Shown: piece after piece, positions 12,181 through 24,659 of the stretch
How the letters are laid out: every line of letters begins with the position of its first letter
How positions within the stretch are numbered: the stretch's first letter is position 1
Origin: Octopus sinensis
Taxonomy: Eukaryota
Assembly (NCBI RefSeq): GCF_006345805.1
Contig: NC_043001.1
Span: 25,048,001-25,112,000, forward strand
Direction: 5' to 3'
DNA length: 64,000 nucleotides
Notes under the pieces: generated by a model
What the model saw: the letters and a program-made list of their open reading frames with translations, nothing else
What the model was told of the DNA's origin: nothing
The model's database searches: none
Position numbers and translations under genes: made by a program

Positions 12181-14853
12181 GGGTGTGGGTATACTTCTCA
12201 CCGAAAAATGGGTAGATAAGGTAATTGAGGTAGTCAGAGTATGCGACAGAATACTTAAGATTAGATTAGTGCTTCACCATGGGTTAGCAACCATAATATT
12301 GTCCTATGCCCCTCAGCCGGGGCTACCCGATGGACAGAAAGACCGATTCTATGACACCCTACTGCAGACTACCTTGTTGACGAATGACAGGGATCTTCTC
12401 TTTGTGGCTGGTGACTTCAATGGACATGTTGGACAACATACAGGGGACTTCCATGTCGTACATGGAGGCTATAGTTATGGTTCCCACAATGAGGAGGGAA
12501 CCAGGCTGCTGGAGTTCTGTGATGCAAATGATCTTATGGTTTGCAATACTAACTTCAGAAAACCTACCAGTCACCTAGTCACCTACCGATTGGGCTGACA
12601 TACTAGCCAAATTGCCTACATCCTTGCCAGAAAAAAATGAAGGATGGCTGCTTCTAAATGCCAAAACCTTTCCAAGCGAAGAATGTACCCCACAATACAG
12701 ACTGGTAGTTAGTAACTTTAGGATCAGGACAAAGTGGATGCCCAGAAGAAGACCAACATGGAGAAGAAGTGTCTGGAAGCTTAAAGATTCTGCGAATGGA
12801 CAAAGATTTAGAGACATATTACTCAAAGCCTTTGATGAAATAGAAGGGGATATAGCTTCACATGGGGTAGAAGACAACTGGAGGTTTCTACTGGACAACC
12901 TGCTAAGAGCCACTGACCAGATCTGTGGATGGTGAAAAGTCCCCTCTCAACCCAAAATAACGTGGTGGTGGAACAATGTTGTAGACAGGGCTATTAGAGA
13001 AAAGAGACAGGCTTGGAAGGACGGTGGTAGCAAGGAATTGTATCAGACTGCCAGAAGAGAAGCTAGGAGACAGGTTTATTTAGTCAGAGGGGAAGCAGAT
13101 AAGAAAAAATTTGCCAATGTTCTATGCCATGAGAATCAAAGACTTGAGGTATTTCATGTTGCAAGACAGTGTGTGAGAGAGAATCATGATGTTGTAGGAG
13201 AGAAATGTGCCCACATGGATGATGGTTCTCTTGCACTAAATGGGGCTGCAAAGAGAGAGGTTTGGAGACGCCACTATGAAAGGCTGCTGAATAAAGAAAA
13301 TGAATGGGAGAAAGAGAGTCTGCCGATTGTCGACCCAACAGAGGGACCAGCTATCCAAGTTGGCAGTACCTTGGTAAATAAAGCAAAAGTATGAAAAGAG
13401 GGAAAGCCCCAGGCTCATCAGGAATTACTGCAGAGATGCTCAAAATATCTGGCAGTGTCGGCTATAGCCTGGTCACCCATATAGTTAACCAGGTGATAAC
13501 CAAAGGAGTCATACCCAATGACTGGTGTAGCAGCATAATAGTCAACTGCTACAAAGGTAAAGGTGATGCTCTAGATACAAATAATTACAGAGGTATCAAG
13601 CTGTTGGATCAGGTAATCACAGAGAGGGTCATAGCCCAACTAATTAGGGAGATAGTCAGTTTAGATGAGATGCAGTTTGGTTTCGTGCCAGGGAAAAACA
13701 CCACTGATGCTATATTTCTGGTAAGACAGCTGCAGAAGAAATACCTAGCTAAAGATAAGCCCCTGTACCTGGCTTTCATTGACATGGAGAAAGCCTTTGA
13801 TAGGGTCCCCCGATCCCTTATCTGGTGGTCAATGAGGAAACTAGGGATAGATGAATGGTTAGTGAGAGCCGTGCAAGCCATGTACAGGGACGCTGTCAGT
13901 AAGGTGAAGGTTGGCAACGAGTACAGTGAAGAATTCAGGGTAGTGGTAGGGGTCCACCAAGGTTCAGTCCTCAGCCCCCTCCTATTTATCATAGTCCTCC
14001 AGGCAATAACGGAGGAATTCAAGACAGGATGCCCCTGGGAGCTCCTCTATGCTGATGACCTTGCTCTAATTGCTGAGTCACTATCAGAACTAGAGGTGAA
14101 GTTTCAAGTATGGAAACAAGGATGAGAATCGAAGGGCCTTTGAGTCAACCTAGCTAAAACCAAAGTCTTAATAAGTAGGAAGGCAGGCAACCCACAAATC
14201 CCTTCAGGTAGATAGCCCTGCTCGATCTGTACAAAAGGCGTAGGTAGAAACTCTATAAGATGTACCCAGTGTAAGCTATGGACACATAAGAGGTGCAGCA
14301 ATGTCAAAGGAAGGCTAACTAGGAAGATAGTTTTTGTATGTGGCAGATGCTCAGGAGCAATAAACACTGAAAATATGCAGAGACCATCTTCTGCCACATT
14401 CCAGGGAGAAAAACTAGAAATAGTTGATAGCTTCCGTTACCTAGGTGACCAAGTGAGTAGCGGGGGCAGGTGTGCTGAAAGAGTAACTGCTAGAGTAAGA
14501 ATAGCCTGGGCAAAGTTCAGAAAGCTCTTTCTTCTGCTGGTGACAAAAGGCCTCTCGCTCAGAGTAAAAGGTAGACTGTATGACGCATGTGTACAAACAG
14601 CCATGCTACATGGCAGTGAAACATGGGCTGTGACTGCTGAGGACATGTGTAAGCTCGCAAGGAATGAAGCTAGCATGCTCCAAAGGATGTGTAATGTCAG
14701 TGTGCATACTCGACAGAGTGTTAGTGCCTTGAGAGAAAGGTTGGACCTAAGAAGCATCAGATGTGGTGTGCAAGAGAGACGACTGCGCTGGTATGGTCAT
14801 GTGGCAAGAATGGATGTGGATAGCTGTGGGAAAAAGTGCCACACCCTAGCAGT
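12181..14853 (+). pseudogene. RTE-clade LINE remnant (APE endonuclease, RT, PHD-type finger), truncated at both ends
   Basis: GVGILL, YAPQ, GDFNGHVG, NYRGIKLL, QFGF, DMEKAFDRV, GVHQGSVLSPLLF, YADD, FRYLG, LHGSETW, RLRWYGHVAR; several stops and frameshifts. Confidence 0.95.
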
Positions 14854-14911
14854 TGATCATGCTTGAGTGGTGCTTTTTACGTGCCACCAGCACGGAAGCC
14901 AGTCTGATGCC

Positions 14912-15082
14912 CTGATTGCTTCAAGTTCTGCTGTTAACTTTTTATTGTGTGGTGACCATAGCTGGGAGCAGTAGTTGAATGTCTTCCAAAGGACCATCAG
15001 TGTCTCCTTCTCTCTTGTTCTGAAAGTTCGGAGGATCCATCAAGCTAGCCTTCTGCATTTTATTACCAAATTGGCAATATGC
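14912..15082 (-). mobile_element. CR1-group LINE fragment
   Basis: Matches 45045-45230, e.g. ggaccatcagtgtctccttctctcttgttctgaaagtt. Confidence 0.85.
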
Positions 15083-15093
15083 CATGGTCGACT

Positions 15094-15134
<41 letters not shown>

Positions 15135-15961
15135 TATATATGAGATTCATCATCGAATCCTGTAATGTTTAGTTTAGTTTATATAATTTTAAAATCATTT
15201 TATTAAATTTATTCTTAAATTGAAACGTCTTAGATTTGCCTTTGTGCTATTTCCACCTCCATTTCTTATAGATATGTGTGTATGTGTATGTGTGCATATA
15301 TATATACACACATACACACATACATATATGCATATAGTACACAAACAAATGAGGATACCCCTATGTGGTCACCTGACCTGCTACAAATATTAGACACCTT
15401 TCCCTCAATCACACATTGCCCTGAGAAAGGGCCTACATACCCTAAAACCAACAAGATATTCAAGGATGCAGTATGTTTGATAATTGGCCTGCTAAATCAA
15501 GGCTGACCCAGGACCAAAGCAGTAATAACAACACATGCTGTACACACATGTATATCCAGACAAGAACACTTATGGAAGCATTTCTATACAAGTAACCCAC
15601 TTCTTATTGAACAATCTGTCAAAGAAAAACACAAAGTTTAGAAATAAAGGTTTCATATCAAAAGGCTTGAATTTGAACATAATCAAAACTAAAGCAGCAA
15701 CTAAACAGGGACATGATATCACTAAAAACAACGCTATTAAGTCATTAGGTAAGTTCTCTTGCCTAACTACTTCTGCTGTTAAAGCCAGTGGTAAAACTTA
15801 GATAACCTTAGATATGTTTTGGCTAAAAATTGGGCAAAGTCACGTCTAACTTAATAATACCACCTGACAGAATTTGGCCCATTCAAGTAGGGAGTTGTTG
15901 ACTAAGAGGTATCTGGGTATCGGTGGCTTATTCGGTATCCCTAGAAGAAATTTGTCCAGAT

Positions 15962-16146
15962 AGGTGCAAGAGTGGCTGTGTGGTAAGTAGCTTGCTTACC
16001 AACCACATGGTTCCGGGTTCAGTCCAACTACGTGGCACCTTGGGCAAGTATCTTCTACTATAGTCTCGGGCTGACCAAAGCCTTGTGAGTGGATTTGGTA
16101 GACAGAAACTGAAAGAAGCCCATCGTATATATGTGTGTATATATAT

Positions 16147-16202
<56 letters not shown>

Positions 16203-16442
16203 ATATGTATGTGTGTGTATATGTTTGAGTGTGTATATGTTTGAGTGTCAGTGTTTGACCCCCAACATCGCTTGACAACCGATGCTGGTGTGTTTACGTC
16301 CCCGTGACTTAGCGGTTTGACAAAAGAGACCGATAGAATAAGTACTAGGCTTACAAAGAATAAGTCCTGGGGTCAATTTTCTCGACTAAAGACGGTGCTC
16401 CAGCATGGCCACAGTCAAATGACGAAAACAAGTAAAAGAGTA
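15962..16442 (+). mobile_element. SINE family A (tRNA-like head, CORE-like CCTTGGGCAAGT, internal (TA)n/(TG)n, (AAGAGTA)n tail)
   Basis: A-box-like TGGCTGTGTGGTAA and B-box-like GGTTCAGTCC; more than 10 copies in the window. Confidence 0.9.
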
Positions 16443-17057
16443 GATATTATTTGAAGGTGATGGGATCTTTTCCTTTCAATTGTTTTGGGATAATGTTAAA
16501 AAGGGCAGGTAGCTTTGTAGCTATGATTTAAGGTGAGAGGAATTCATTTAGATAGTTGCTATCTCATATGGTAACAAAGGCTTTCCTTTGCTCTATGAAG
16601 AAAGGTGGACACTAAGATGTGTGTGAATAAGGATAGTGAATTTTCAGCATCGAATAACATTTGGACAGAAGTGACTTGAATGTGATGATGACTAAAATTA
16701 CAAGAAAGTTTGAGAACAATGAAAAGGGGAAAAAGGGATTGAGCATCAAAGACATGTGTAAATGCAAACCATAGATGAAATACGGGAACAAATATTTAAA
16801 ATTATTTACTAATGTATGCTGGGAGAAAAAGGACCATAATTTCATATTTAAGGTGTTCATCACAGAAGTGCAAATAAGGAAGAAGGAAGACATGAGAATA
16901 TAGAATCTCACAATTCACATGATGCTTGACTGGGATGCCTAGAGAAAAAGTTGTATGGAAGAAATGGACATTGGGCTATGATGAAGATGATGATGATAAT
17001 GATACTATGAGTGTATATGTATGTACATATATATATATATATATTTATATATTCATA

Positions 17058-17367
17058 TCACATGATCACGACCGACCAGACTATCAGATGTTGCTACACA
17101 TCGCTGGTCACAATGCGTTCGCATTGTTTTAGCCTTCAAATAATGCCACCCCGCTGGCTAAGTGAGCTGGCCAACAGAAGAAAGAGTGGGAGAAAGATGT
17201 GGCAAAAGAGTACAGCAGGGATCACCACCCACCCCCACCCCCTGCCAGAGCCTCGTGGAGCTTTAGGTGTTTTCGCTCAATAAACACTAACAACGCCCGG
17301 TCTGGGAATCGAAACTGCGATCCTACGACCACGTGTCCGCTGCCCTAACCACTGGGCCATTGCGGTT
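17058..17367 (-). mobile_element. SINE family D (head D1) with RTE-derived tail
   Basis: Minus head GCAATGGCCCAGTGGTTAGGGCAGCGG...GTTTCGATTCC; tail matches the 3' end of the RTE fragment at 56214-56275. Confidence 0.85.
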
Positions 17368-17792
17368 CTACATATATTCATATGTACATACATATATATC
17401 ATCATTTTGCATTTTTTTCATGCTAATATGGGTAGGATGGGTCCTCACAGCATTTACTAATAATTGCTGTCCTTTACACACAACAAAGACAACCAGCTAC
17501 CTTTGTTGTTATGTATGTCTTTATCAGTAGCAGGACTAAAAAGATCCTCTACACAAGTGGTTCTTATTCAAAACAAATGCCCCTATACCTGGGTTACACC
17601 TCTCTCTACAACTTACACATCACCTCCTTGTCCACCCCCCCCCTTTTTTTCCCCTGCTATTTACAACTGGATTGCCATCCTATAACTAACCCCTCTACAG
17701 CATGAACTAGGTGGATTTTATCATGTCCCCAGCACTAGAGACATTGTCTGATACAGAACTAGAATCCTCTCTGCCCTGTAATTAATTAATTA

Positions 17793-18032
17793 ATGCGCCC
17801 TTTTAAAGCCTAGCCAGGCTCATGGGCCCGGTTTCTATGGCGTATATGTTCCCCAGCTTGACGGGACGCCAGTCCATGGCAGAGTTACTCATTTTTGCCA
17901 GTGAGTGGACTGGAGCAACATGAAATGAAGTGTTTTGCTCAAGAACACAATGCGTCGCCCGGTCCAGGAATCGAAACCACAATCTTACGATCGTGATGGC
18001 GACACCCTAACCACTAAGCCACGTGCCTCCAC
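17793..18032 (-). mobile_element. SINE family D (head D2)
   Basis: Minus head GGAGGCACGTGGCTTAGTGGTTAGGGTGTC...GGTTTCGATTCC; flanked by direct repeat ctctctgccctgta. Confidence 0.88.
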
Positions 18033-18545
18033 TCTCTGCCCTGTATCAGTTCTTATTCATTTTTTTCATATATTCATGTGTTTGTGTGTGTGAATGTCTG
18101 TGTAGAGTTTAGCAATGCTAAAACAATGAGGATATGAAGATGCACTTTTGAACAATTGCTTGCCACAGACTGCACTGTGTGTTAGAACATGACCCTAAAT
18201 ATATGTCTATCTTCTGAGCAATCCAGTTTGAAAAGCTAAATGCGTATTATTGCTCCAAGCTGTGCTACAAAAATGCATACTACTGCTAGAAAATAATATG
18301 GTATTTGCATTATATACAGTGCTTTAATATCAGAGTTGATCTATGTATGCATATATACATTGAGGTGGGAGGCTTGTGATACACTGCCTGAAGGAAACTC
18401 TAAATCTTACCATATCAAATATTCTTTACTAAACAAACACTTGAGGACGAACGTAATCTCTCATTGAAGAAATATAGACCACTGATCACTGTAACTAGAT
18501 ATCCTCATAGAAACGACGCATTCTATGACAGCTAGAAGCAACTTA

Positions 18546-18978
18546 GGATCTTTTCGGTTTCAACAGCAGTTTTTTTCGAGCGGCGTCATATGAAATTGTC
18601 ACCCATAATCATGACCCTAGTATCAATCTATTGCATTTCAATCTGTTTTAGGGTTACGGTTAGTTAGGGTTAGGGTTAGGGGTGGGGGTAAGGGTATCTT
18701 TTTTCTTCACAAATGTAGATAAACCCAATCTGTTTCTTAAACGAGGGACATATTCATATGGCACAGAATGTTTTCACCTCAATAGACGGTCATTGATTGG
18801 TTGAAATTGCCGAAATGCAAGAAATTAAAGACCAAATATCTTACAAACTATAGAATTTTCTCAATAAAGCCAAGAGAAAAAGATGTTTTATAAACACATT
18901 CTACCAGTATACGAAGTTTAAAATTTTTTAGTTACCTAGAAATTATGATAAAAACTGCCGTTCAAACCAAAAAGATCC
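18546..18978. mobile_element. MITE with ~28-bp TIRs (GGATCTTTTCGGTTTGAACGGCAGTTTT), 8-bp TSD, internal TTAGGG repeats; Merlin-like
   Basis: TIRs at both ends; TSD gcaactta/gcaacttg; second copy in opposite orientation at 61972-62391. Confidence 0.85.
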
Positions 18979-19228
18979 GCAACTTGTTATAACTTTATCT
19001 CTGCTTCTATTGTTCAAGTGGAAAGCCTTTTGTATACAGATACTATCTTGCACAAATTTCAACATTAGTACAATAATATTCTAATTATATAAGCTTCCTT
19101 ACCTTTCCACCATTGCTTATTGTTTTTAATGATTTGGTTATGAACATCAACACCTTTCAGGTGTTTTTTTTATATGTATATGTGCTGTTATTAATATAAA
19201 ATATTTATTATTGAAAAATGGACTTATG

Positions 19229-19585
19229 TTGTTTTTCTTTTAGTAATTTCATTTCTGCCAAATTGGTTCCCTTTTATTGTAAGCTAAGAAAAATTGTGAG
19301 GTACATTCCAGAAGTTTTGAGACTATTTTAGGAGAGGCAGTTATAACCATCTTCATTTATTGTAGTTTTAGTGTCTCTTTATTATACATCTAATAAGCTG
19401 ACCTGCCAATTTTTTCTTTTGTTTTTCTTTAGTAATTTTATTTCTGCCAAATTGTTCTCTTTTATTGTAAGCTAAAAGAAATTATGAGGTGCATTCCAGA
19501 AGTTTTGAGACTTTTTTAGGAGAGGCAGTTTATTGTAGTTTTAGTATATCTTTATTATACATCTAATAAGCTGACCTGCCAACCT
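19229..19585. repeat. ~190-bp tandem duplication covering flank plus mariner left TIR
   Basis: Two copies of tagtaatt.atttctgccaaattg...gaggt.cattccagaagttttgagac...taataagctgacctgccaa. Confidence 0.9.
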
Positions 19586-19754
19586 TTTCTTATTCCAGAT
19601 TGAAGGTTACAGCTGTAACAACACTTTGAACACACCCTCCTAAACACTGGTTGTCACAGATGAGTAGTTTGCAGAATGCATTTGGGATTTGAAGACAATT
19701 TGGAAGCTGGCTATGCAATAAAATTTTTGTGTTAAACTGGCCAAAAACACTATA

Positions 19755-20398
19755 ATCATCGTCATCATCGTTTAACGTCCGCTTTCCATGCTAGCATGGG
19801 TTGGATGATTTGACTGAGGTCTGGTGAACCAGATGGCTACACCAGGCTCCAATCTTGATCTGGCAGAGTTTCTACAGCTGGATGCCCTTCCTAATGCCAA
19901 CCACTGTGAGAGTGTAGTGGGTGCTTTTATGTGCCACCGGCACAAGGGCCAGTCAGGCGGTACAGGCAACGGCTATGCTCAAATAGTGTTTTTTTTTATG
20001 TGCCACCTGCACAGGAGTCAGTCCAGCGGCACTGGCAATGACTTCGCTCGAATGTTTTTTTCATGTGCCACCAGCACAAGTGCCAGTAAGGCGATGCAGG
20101 TAATGATCATGCTTGAATGGTGTGTTTTTTTTTATGTGCCATTGGCACAGAAGACAGCTTCTTGTTCTAGCAACGATCTTGCTTGTATGGAACTCTTAGC
20201 GCTCCACTAACATGGATGCCAGTCATTGAATTTGATTTCGATTTCAATTTCACTTGCCTCAACAGGTCTTCACAAGCAGAGCTTAGTGTCCAATGAAGGA
20301 AAGGTACACATAAGTGGACTGGCTACACCCCTGGCATAGGCCACAAGGTTATGGTCTCACTTTCGCTTGTCGAGTCTTCTCAAGCACAGCATATTTCT
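19755..20398 (-). mobile_element. SINE family B (RTE-type, (GAT)n tail), inserted in the mariner
   Basis: Minus strand TTGGCATTAGGAAGGGCATCCAGCTGTAGAAAC...CCCATGCTAGCATGGAAAGCGGACGTTAAACGATGATG; internal repeats of GTGGCACATAAAAAGCAC. Confidence 0.88.
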
Positions 20399-20641
20399 TA
20401 TTTGTGAAATGCTCCAGACCATTTATGGATTAATTTGTATGAGTAGAGCTTCTGTTTTCTACTGGTGCAAGAGGCCAGGAAAAGCAAGGCTTCCAGGAAG
20501 CTCATGATGATCTTTTTTTCAACAACAAGGGCATCCACTGTGTTCCTTCTGGGCTGTTGGTCGACAAAAGAGTAATTTGTGGAAGTTTTGAGGGAGTTCA
20601 GGAAGAGATTTTGTTGCAAAAGTCCAGGGCATCTGCATCAA

Positions 20642-20943
20642 AACGATAAATGTCACCCTTTTCAAGCTTAGCCAGGCTCATGGGCCCAGTTTCCCGGTTT
20701 CTGTGGCGTATGTGTTCCCCCCAGCTGGACAGGATGCAGTGTTACTCAAGAAACAGGAAGAGAGAGTGAGAGAAAGTTGTGGCGAAAGAGTACAACAGGG
20801 GTCACCAACACCCCCTGCTGGAGCCTTGTGGAGCTTTAAGGTGCTTTCGCTCAATAAACACACATAACGCCCGGTCTAGGAATCAAAACAGTGATCCTCC
20901 GACCTCGAGTCCACTGCCCTAACCACTAGGCCATTGTGCCTCC
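20642..20943 (-). mobile_element. SINE family D (head D1), inserted in the mariner transposase
   Basis: 12-bp TSD CATCTGCATCAA at 20630-20641 and 20944-20955 splits the HLHQ|DNA motif. Confidence 0.92.
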
Positions 20944-21497
20944 CATCTGCATCAAGACAATGCACTAATCCACAGTTCCATCCTGGTAAACAAATATTTC
21001 ACAGAAATGGGCATCAAAACTGTCCCTCAATCTCCCTGCTCTCTATGATTTTTGGTTGCTCCCAAAGCTGAAGGAAAAGATGAAGGAGGCTGTGACAAGG
21101 GTCCTGTACACCTTCACTCTGGAGGACTTCCATGGGGCCTTCATGAAGTGGCTGAAGCACTACAACAAGTGCATTGAAGTCAGAGGATTCTACTTAGAAG
21201 ACTAGGATCTTATATTTCTTTGAAAGTAATAAATGTCTCTCCTGAAAAATGTCTCAAATCTTCTGGAATACAATGTAGACTGGATTATTTTATATGGCAG
21301 TAAAGATTATGATCAATACATTTTTACCATTTAGCCATTTGGTAAAGATCTAAGAACTATCAATGGAAATCTGCAACATTTTTGCCTTCCCTAAGGCAAA
21401 AAAGTGATATCAGTACAACTGAGAATATTTAACTTGGTGACAACAATAATAATGATTAGTTTGTGAAATATTAATGAATATTTAGTAACAGCATTAA

Positions 21498-21716
21498 CCC
21501 TTTCGTGACTGTATTTATTTTAAGATGCTCTGTGTTTCTTTCAATTACTCTAAATATAACTAAGAATTTAATAAAATAACTTAATTATCATTCAGCTACT
21601 GTTAGGAACATAAATTGTGACTAAGGTTTGGTGGAAGTTTTAATTCAAAACTTATGAAAACAAGACATTTGTACTCAGAGCTAGGGCCAGTTTCAGCTGG
21701 GTTAGTAACGAAAGGG
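21498..21716. mobile_element. piggyBac-like MITE family 1
   Basis: TTAA-CCCTTTCG...CGAAAGGG-TTAA; further copies at 29910 and 40180, diverged relative at 52602. Confidence 0.9.
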
Positions 21717-21877
21717 TTAACAGTAAGAACTGTAATCTTGTGTCACTAATCATACTCATATTCAACATATTCAACCAGATGAACAAACAACAATAAAAGT
21801 AATAGGAATAGTTGCAAAAGCAATTTTCTGTAGATACACTAATTCTATTTTAGCAAGATGCTAAGAAAAAAATAATT

Positions 21878-22090
21878 GCTTTGAATTTCGATAGAAGGTT
21901 AATAATTTTAGGCGAAGAGGGTTACTTGGTTACATTGGCCCCAGCACTTGACTGATATTATATTCTATCAATCCTGAAAAGATGGAAGGCAAAGTTGACC
22001 TTGGCAGTATTTGAACTCAGAACATGAAGAGCCAGGAGAAATGTTGCTAAGTATTTTGTCTGATGCAGTATTGATTCTGCCAGTTCACTG
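21878..22090 (-). mobile_element. SINE family C, diverged
   Basis: aaggcaaagttgaccttggcagtatttgaactcagaac matches the family C body. Confidence 0.75.
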
Positions 22091-22214
22091 ACTGTCTTAT
22101 GCTGAGAAACAATAAATGGTTTTTGAAGATTGTCAAAGCAACTGAGTTGATATGATGGGCTTTGCCAGCCTGTAACAGCCTTGTTTCTAATTCATCAAAT
22201 GATCAAATGCTATG

Positions 22215-23107
22215 ATAGAGATAGCTTATAATCTAACTGATAATATTGTAGAAATAAAACATTTTATCAAAGATTAAATGTTACCTTTTTGTTTTGAAGT
22301 TTAGAAAATTTCCTGGCATGAAAATGAAATGCTAACAGTCTGATTATTAGATTCTTTTTTTTTTTTAATCAAAGGCTGTGTGGTAAGTAGCTTGTTTACC
22401 AGCCACATGGTTCCGGGTTCAGTCCCACTGTGTGGCACCTTGGGCAAGTGTCTTCTACTATAGCCTCGGGACAGCCAAAGCCTTGTGAGTGGATTTGGTA
22501 GATGGAAACTGAAAGAAGCCCATCGTATATATGTATATATATATATGTATGTGTGTGTATATGTTTGTGTGCCTGTGTTTGTCACCCACCCCACAACATC
22601 GCATGACAACCGATGCTGGTGTGTTTATGTCCCCGTAACTTAGCGGTTCGGCAAAAGAGACTGATAGAATAAGTACTAGGCCTACAAAGAATAAGTCCTG
22701 GGGGTCGATTTGTTCGACTAAAGGCAGTGCTCCAGCATGGCTGCAGTCAAATGACTGAAACAAGTAAAAGAGTAGAGATAACTTATAATCTAACTGATAA
22801 TATTGTAGAAGAAATAAAACATTTTATCAAAGATTAAATGTTACCTTTTTGTTTTGAAGCTTAGAAAATTCCCTGGCTTGAAAATGAAATGCTAACAGTT
22901 TGATTATAAGATTCGTTTTTTTTTTTTTAATCAAAGACTGTGTGGTAAGTAGCTTGTTTACCAGCCACATGGTTCCGGGTTCAGTCCCACTGCGTGGCAC
23001 CTTGGGTAAGTGTCTTCTACTATAACCTCAGGTCGACCAAAGCCTTGTGAGTGGATTTGGTAGAAGGAAACTGAAAGAAGCCCATCGTATATATATATAT
23101 ATATATT

Positions 23108-23162
<55 letters not shown>

Positions 23163-23346
23163 TTGTCCCCCCAACATCACTTGACAACCGATGCTGGTGT
23201 GTTTACGTCGCCGTAACTTAGCAGTTTGGCAAAAGAGACCGATAGAATAAGTACTAGGCTTACAAAGAATAAATCCTGGGGTCGATTTGCTTGACTAAAG
23301 GCGGTGCTCCAGCATAACCCCAGTCAAATGACTGAAACAAACGAGT
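22215..23346 (+). repeat. ~560-bp tandem duplication; each unit is unique flank plus a SINE A (22374-22774, 22936-23346)
   Basis: tagagata.cttataatctaactgataatattgtaga...aaatgctaacagt repeated at 22216 and 22773, each followed by a SINE A with the same 5' truncation. Confidence 0.92.
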
Positions 23347-23499
23347 AGATATGACTTGTTCCGCAAGTAAATGTTTCAGTTACCTCATTGAAGACTACTT
23401 ATTTCTGATATAATGACTTTCCATAGTTTTATGAGCTACATGAGGTTTTCTGAAGTATGTGTTTACAAACTCATTTTATTAATACATACATCAGCTGAA

Positions 23500-23712
23500 G
23501 AGTCTTGTCTTGTGAGTAACTTGGCGACTTCACTAGTGCTGGTGCCATAAAAAAAAAGCAGCCAGAACACTCTGTGAAGTGGGTTGGCATTAGGAAGGGC
23601 ATCCAGCCATTTGAATTATGCCAAAGAAGACATTGAAGCTTGACATAGTTCTTTATCAAACCATCCAACCCATGCTAACATGGAAGAGAAGCTGATGATG
23701 ATGATGATGATG
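23500..23712 (+). mobile_element. SINE family B-related copy
   Basis: gggttggcattaggaagggcatccagcc...aacccatgctaacatgga...(gat)n. Confidence 0.75.
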
Positions 23713-24659
23713 ACTTGTAACATGTTTATACACACTGCTGTATATGGGTATGATGAGTGAAGCAAAACTATCCTGTTGTAACATATGCTTTTGAAATCAT
23801 TTGCAGCTTCAGGATAGCACACTGTCAAAAGAAATCATTATTATTCTATTTCAAGATAAAAAGAAATATTTTTGAATTGATTAATTTTGTACAAGCTAAT
23901 CAATAGCTTTGGTGACATCTGGATTTTCTGTTTTATGGTGAGGTTACTTGTAACAGAGGTTTGTCCTTCAATATTTAGCTTATATGATAGTGTTTACCCA
24001 TAACAGCTTCACTTCTAATCAACGCCAGTTTTTGTGACTGAAGATGTAACATAGATTGAAGGCTTTCAGTAAAGTGTGGGACTGTATTTTTGACCAAGGA
24101 TGGGGTATGGAGTCATAAACAGTCATCCATATATAACTCTTGAATTTAAAAGACACTTATTTATGTCCTCTGAGACTGACCGTGTTAAATAAATACCTAT
24201 TCAATAAGAAAATAGATGAAGGGACAAATCCCATAACAACTGTTGATAAGGTTGCAAGACACAATGAAAATTTTTTTTAAATAAGTAAGTAAATGACTGG
24301 TAGTTTTACCAGTGAGTGTGTTACTGATAAGACACTAAAAGAGGATGACACAACAGAATAATTATATTTTATCTTTCATAGAATCTGTATAAGTTAATTT
24401 ATGTGTAACTAGTGAATGGCATCATTTATATTTGGCTTATCTCACAATTTCACAATAATGTTTGCTGATAACACAGCTTATAAAATACATAGTAAAATGT
24501 AATGAAAAAAAAAAGAAGTAAAGTGTTGTAGAAAACTTTCTTATGGTTATTTGAAATCAATTTTATGAATACATTACTCCTTGTTGTTGACAGCCCTTTC
24601 CGTACCACACAATTTCACATAATTCTCATCTCAGAAGTAAGATTAGAACTTTTGTATTA

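Larger units (their letters stand above)
19483..21277 (+). mobile_element. Decayed, internally deleted mariner DNA transposon interrupted by two SINEs
   Basis: TIRs ATTCCAGAAGTTTTGAGAC...AGGAGAG and CTCTCCTG...GTCTCAAATCTTCTGGAAT. Transposase remnants YAIKF-CVKL (~19710), EMLQTIYG..CMSRASVF.W (~20405), HQDNALIH, DFWLLPKLK and KCIEVRGFYLE* (20945-21205). Confidence 0.9.

Noticed and set aside
15215-15240. GAAACGTC as a hammerhead 3' half
   Set aside because: No upstream CUGAnGA core or pairing stem visible
15928-16278. Recurrent ORFs such as RWASFSF.LPNPLTRLWS and QLDALPNANH (also at 19824, 35794, 37061, 47886, 56788, 62815)
   Set aside because: Chance reading frames of multicopy SINEs, with different starts and stops in each copy
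18649-18685. Telomere or chromosome fusion relic
   Set aside because: Only a few TTAGGG units, internal to a MITE present twice in the window
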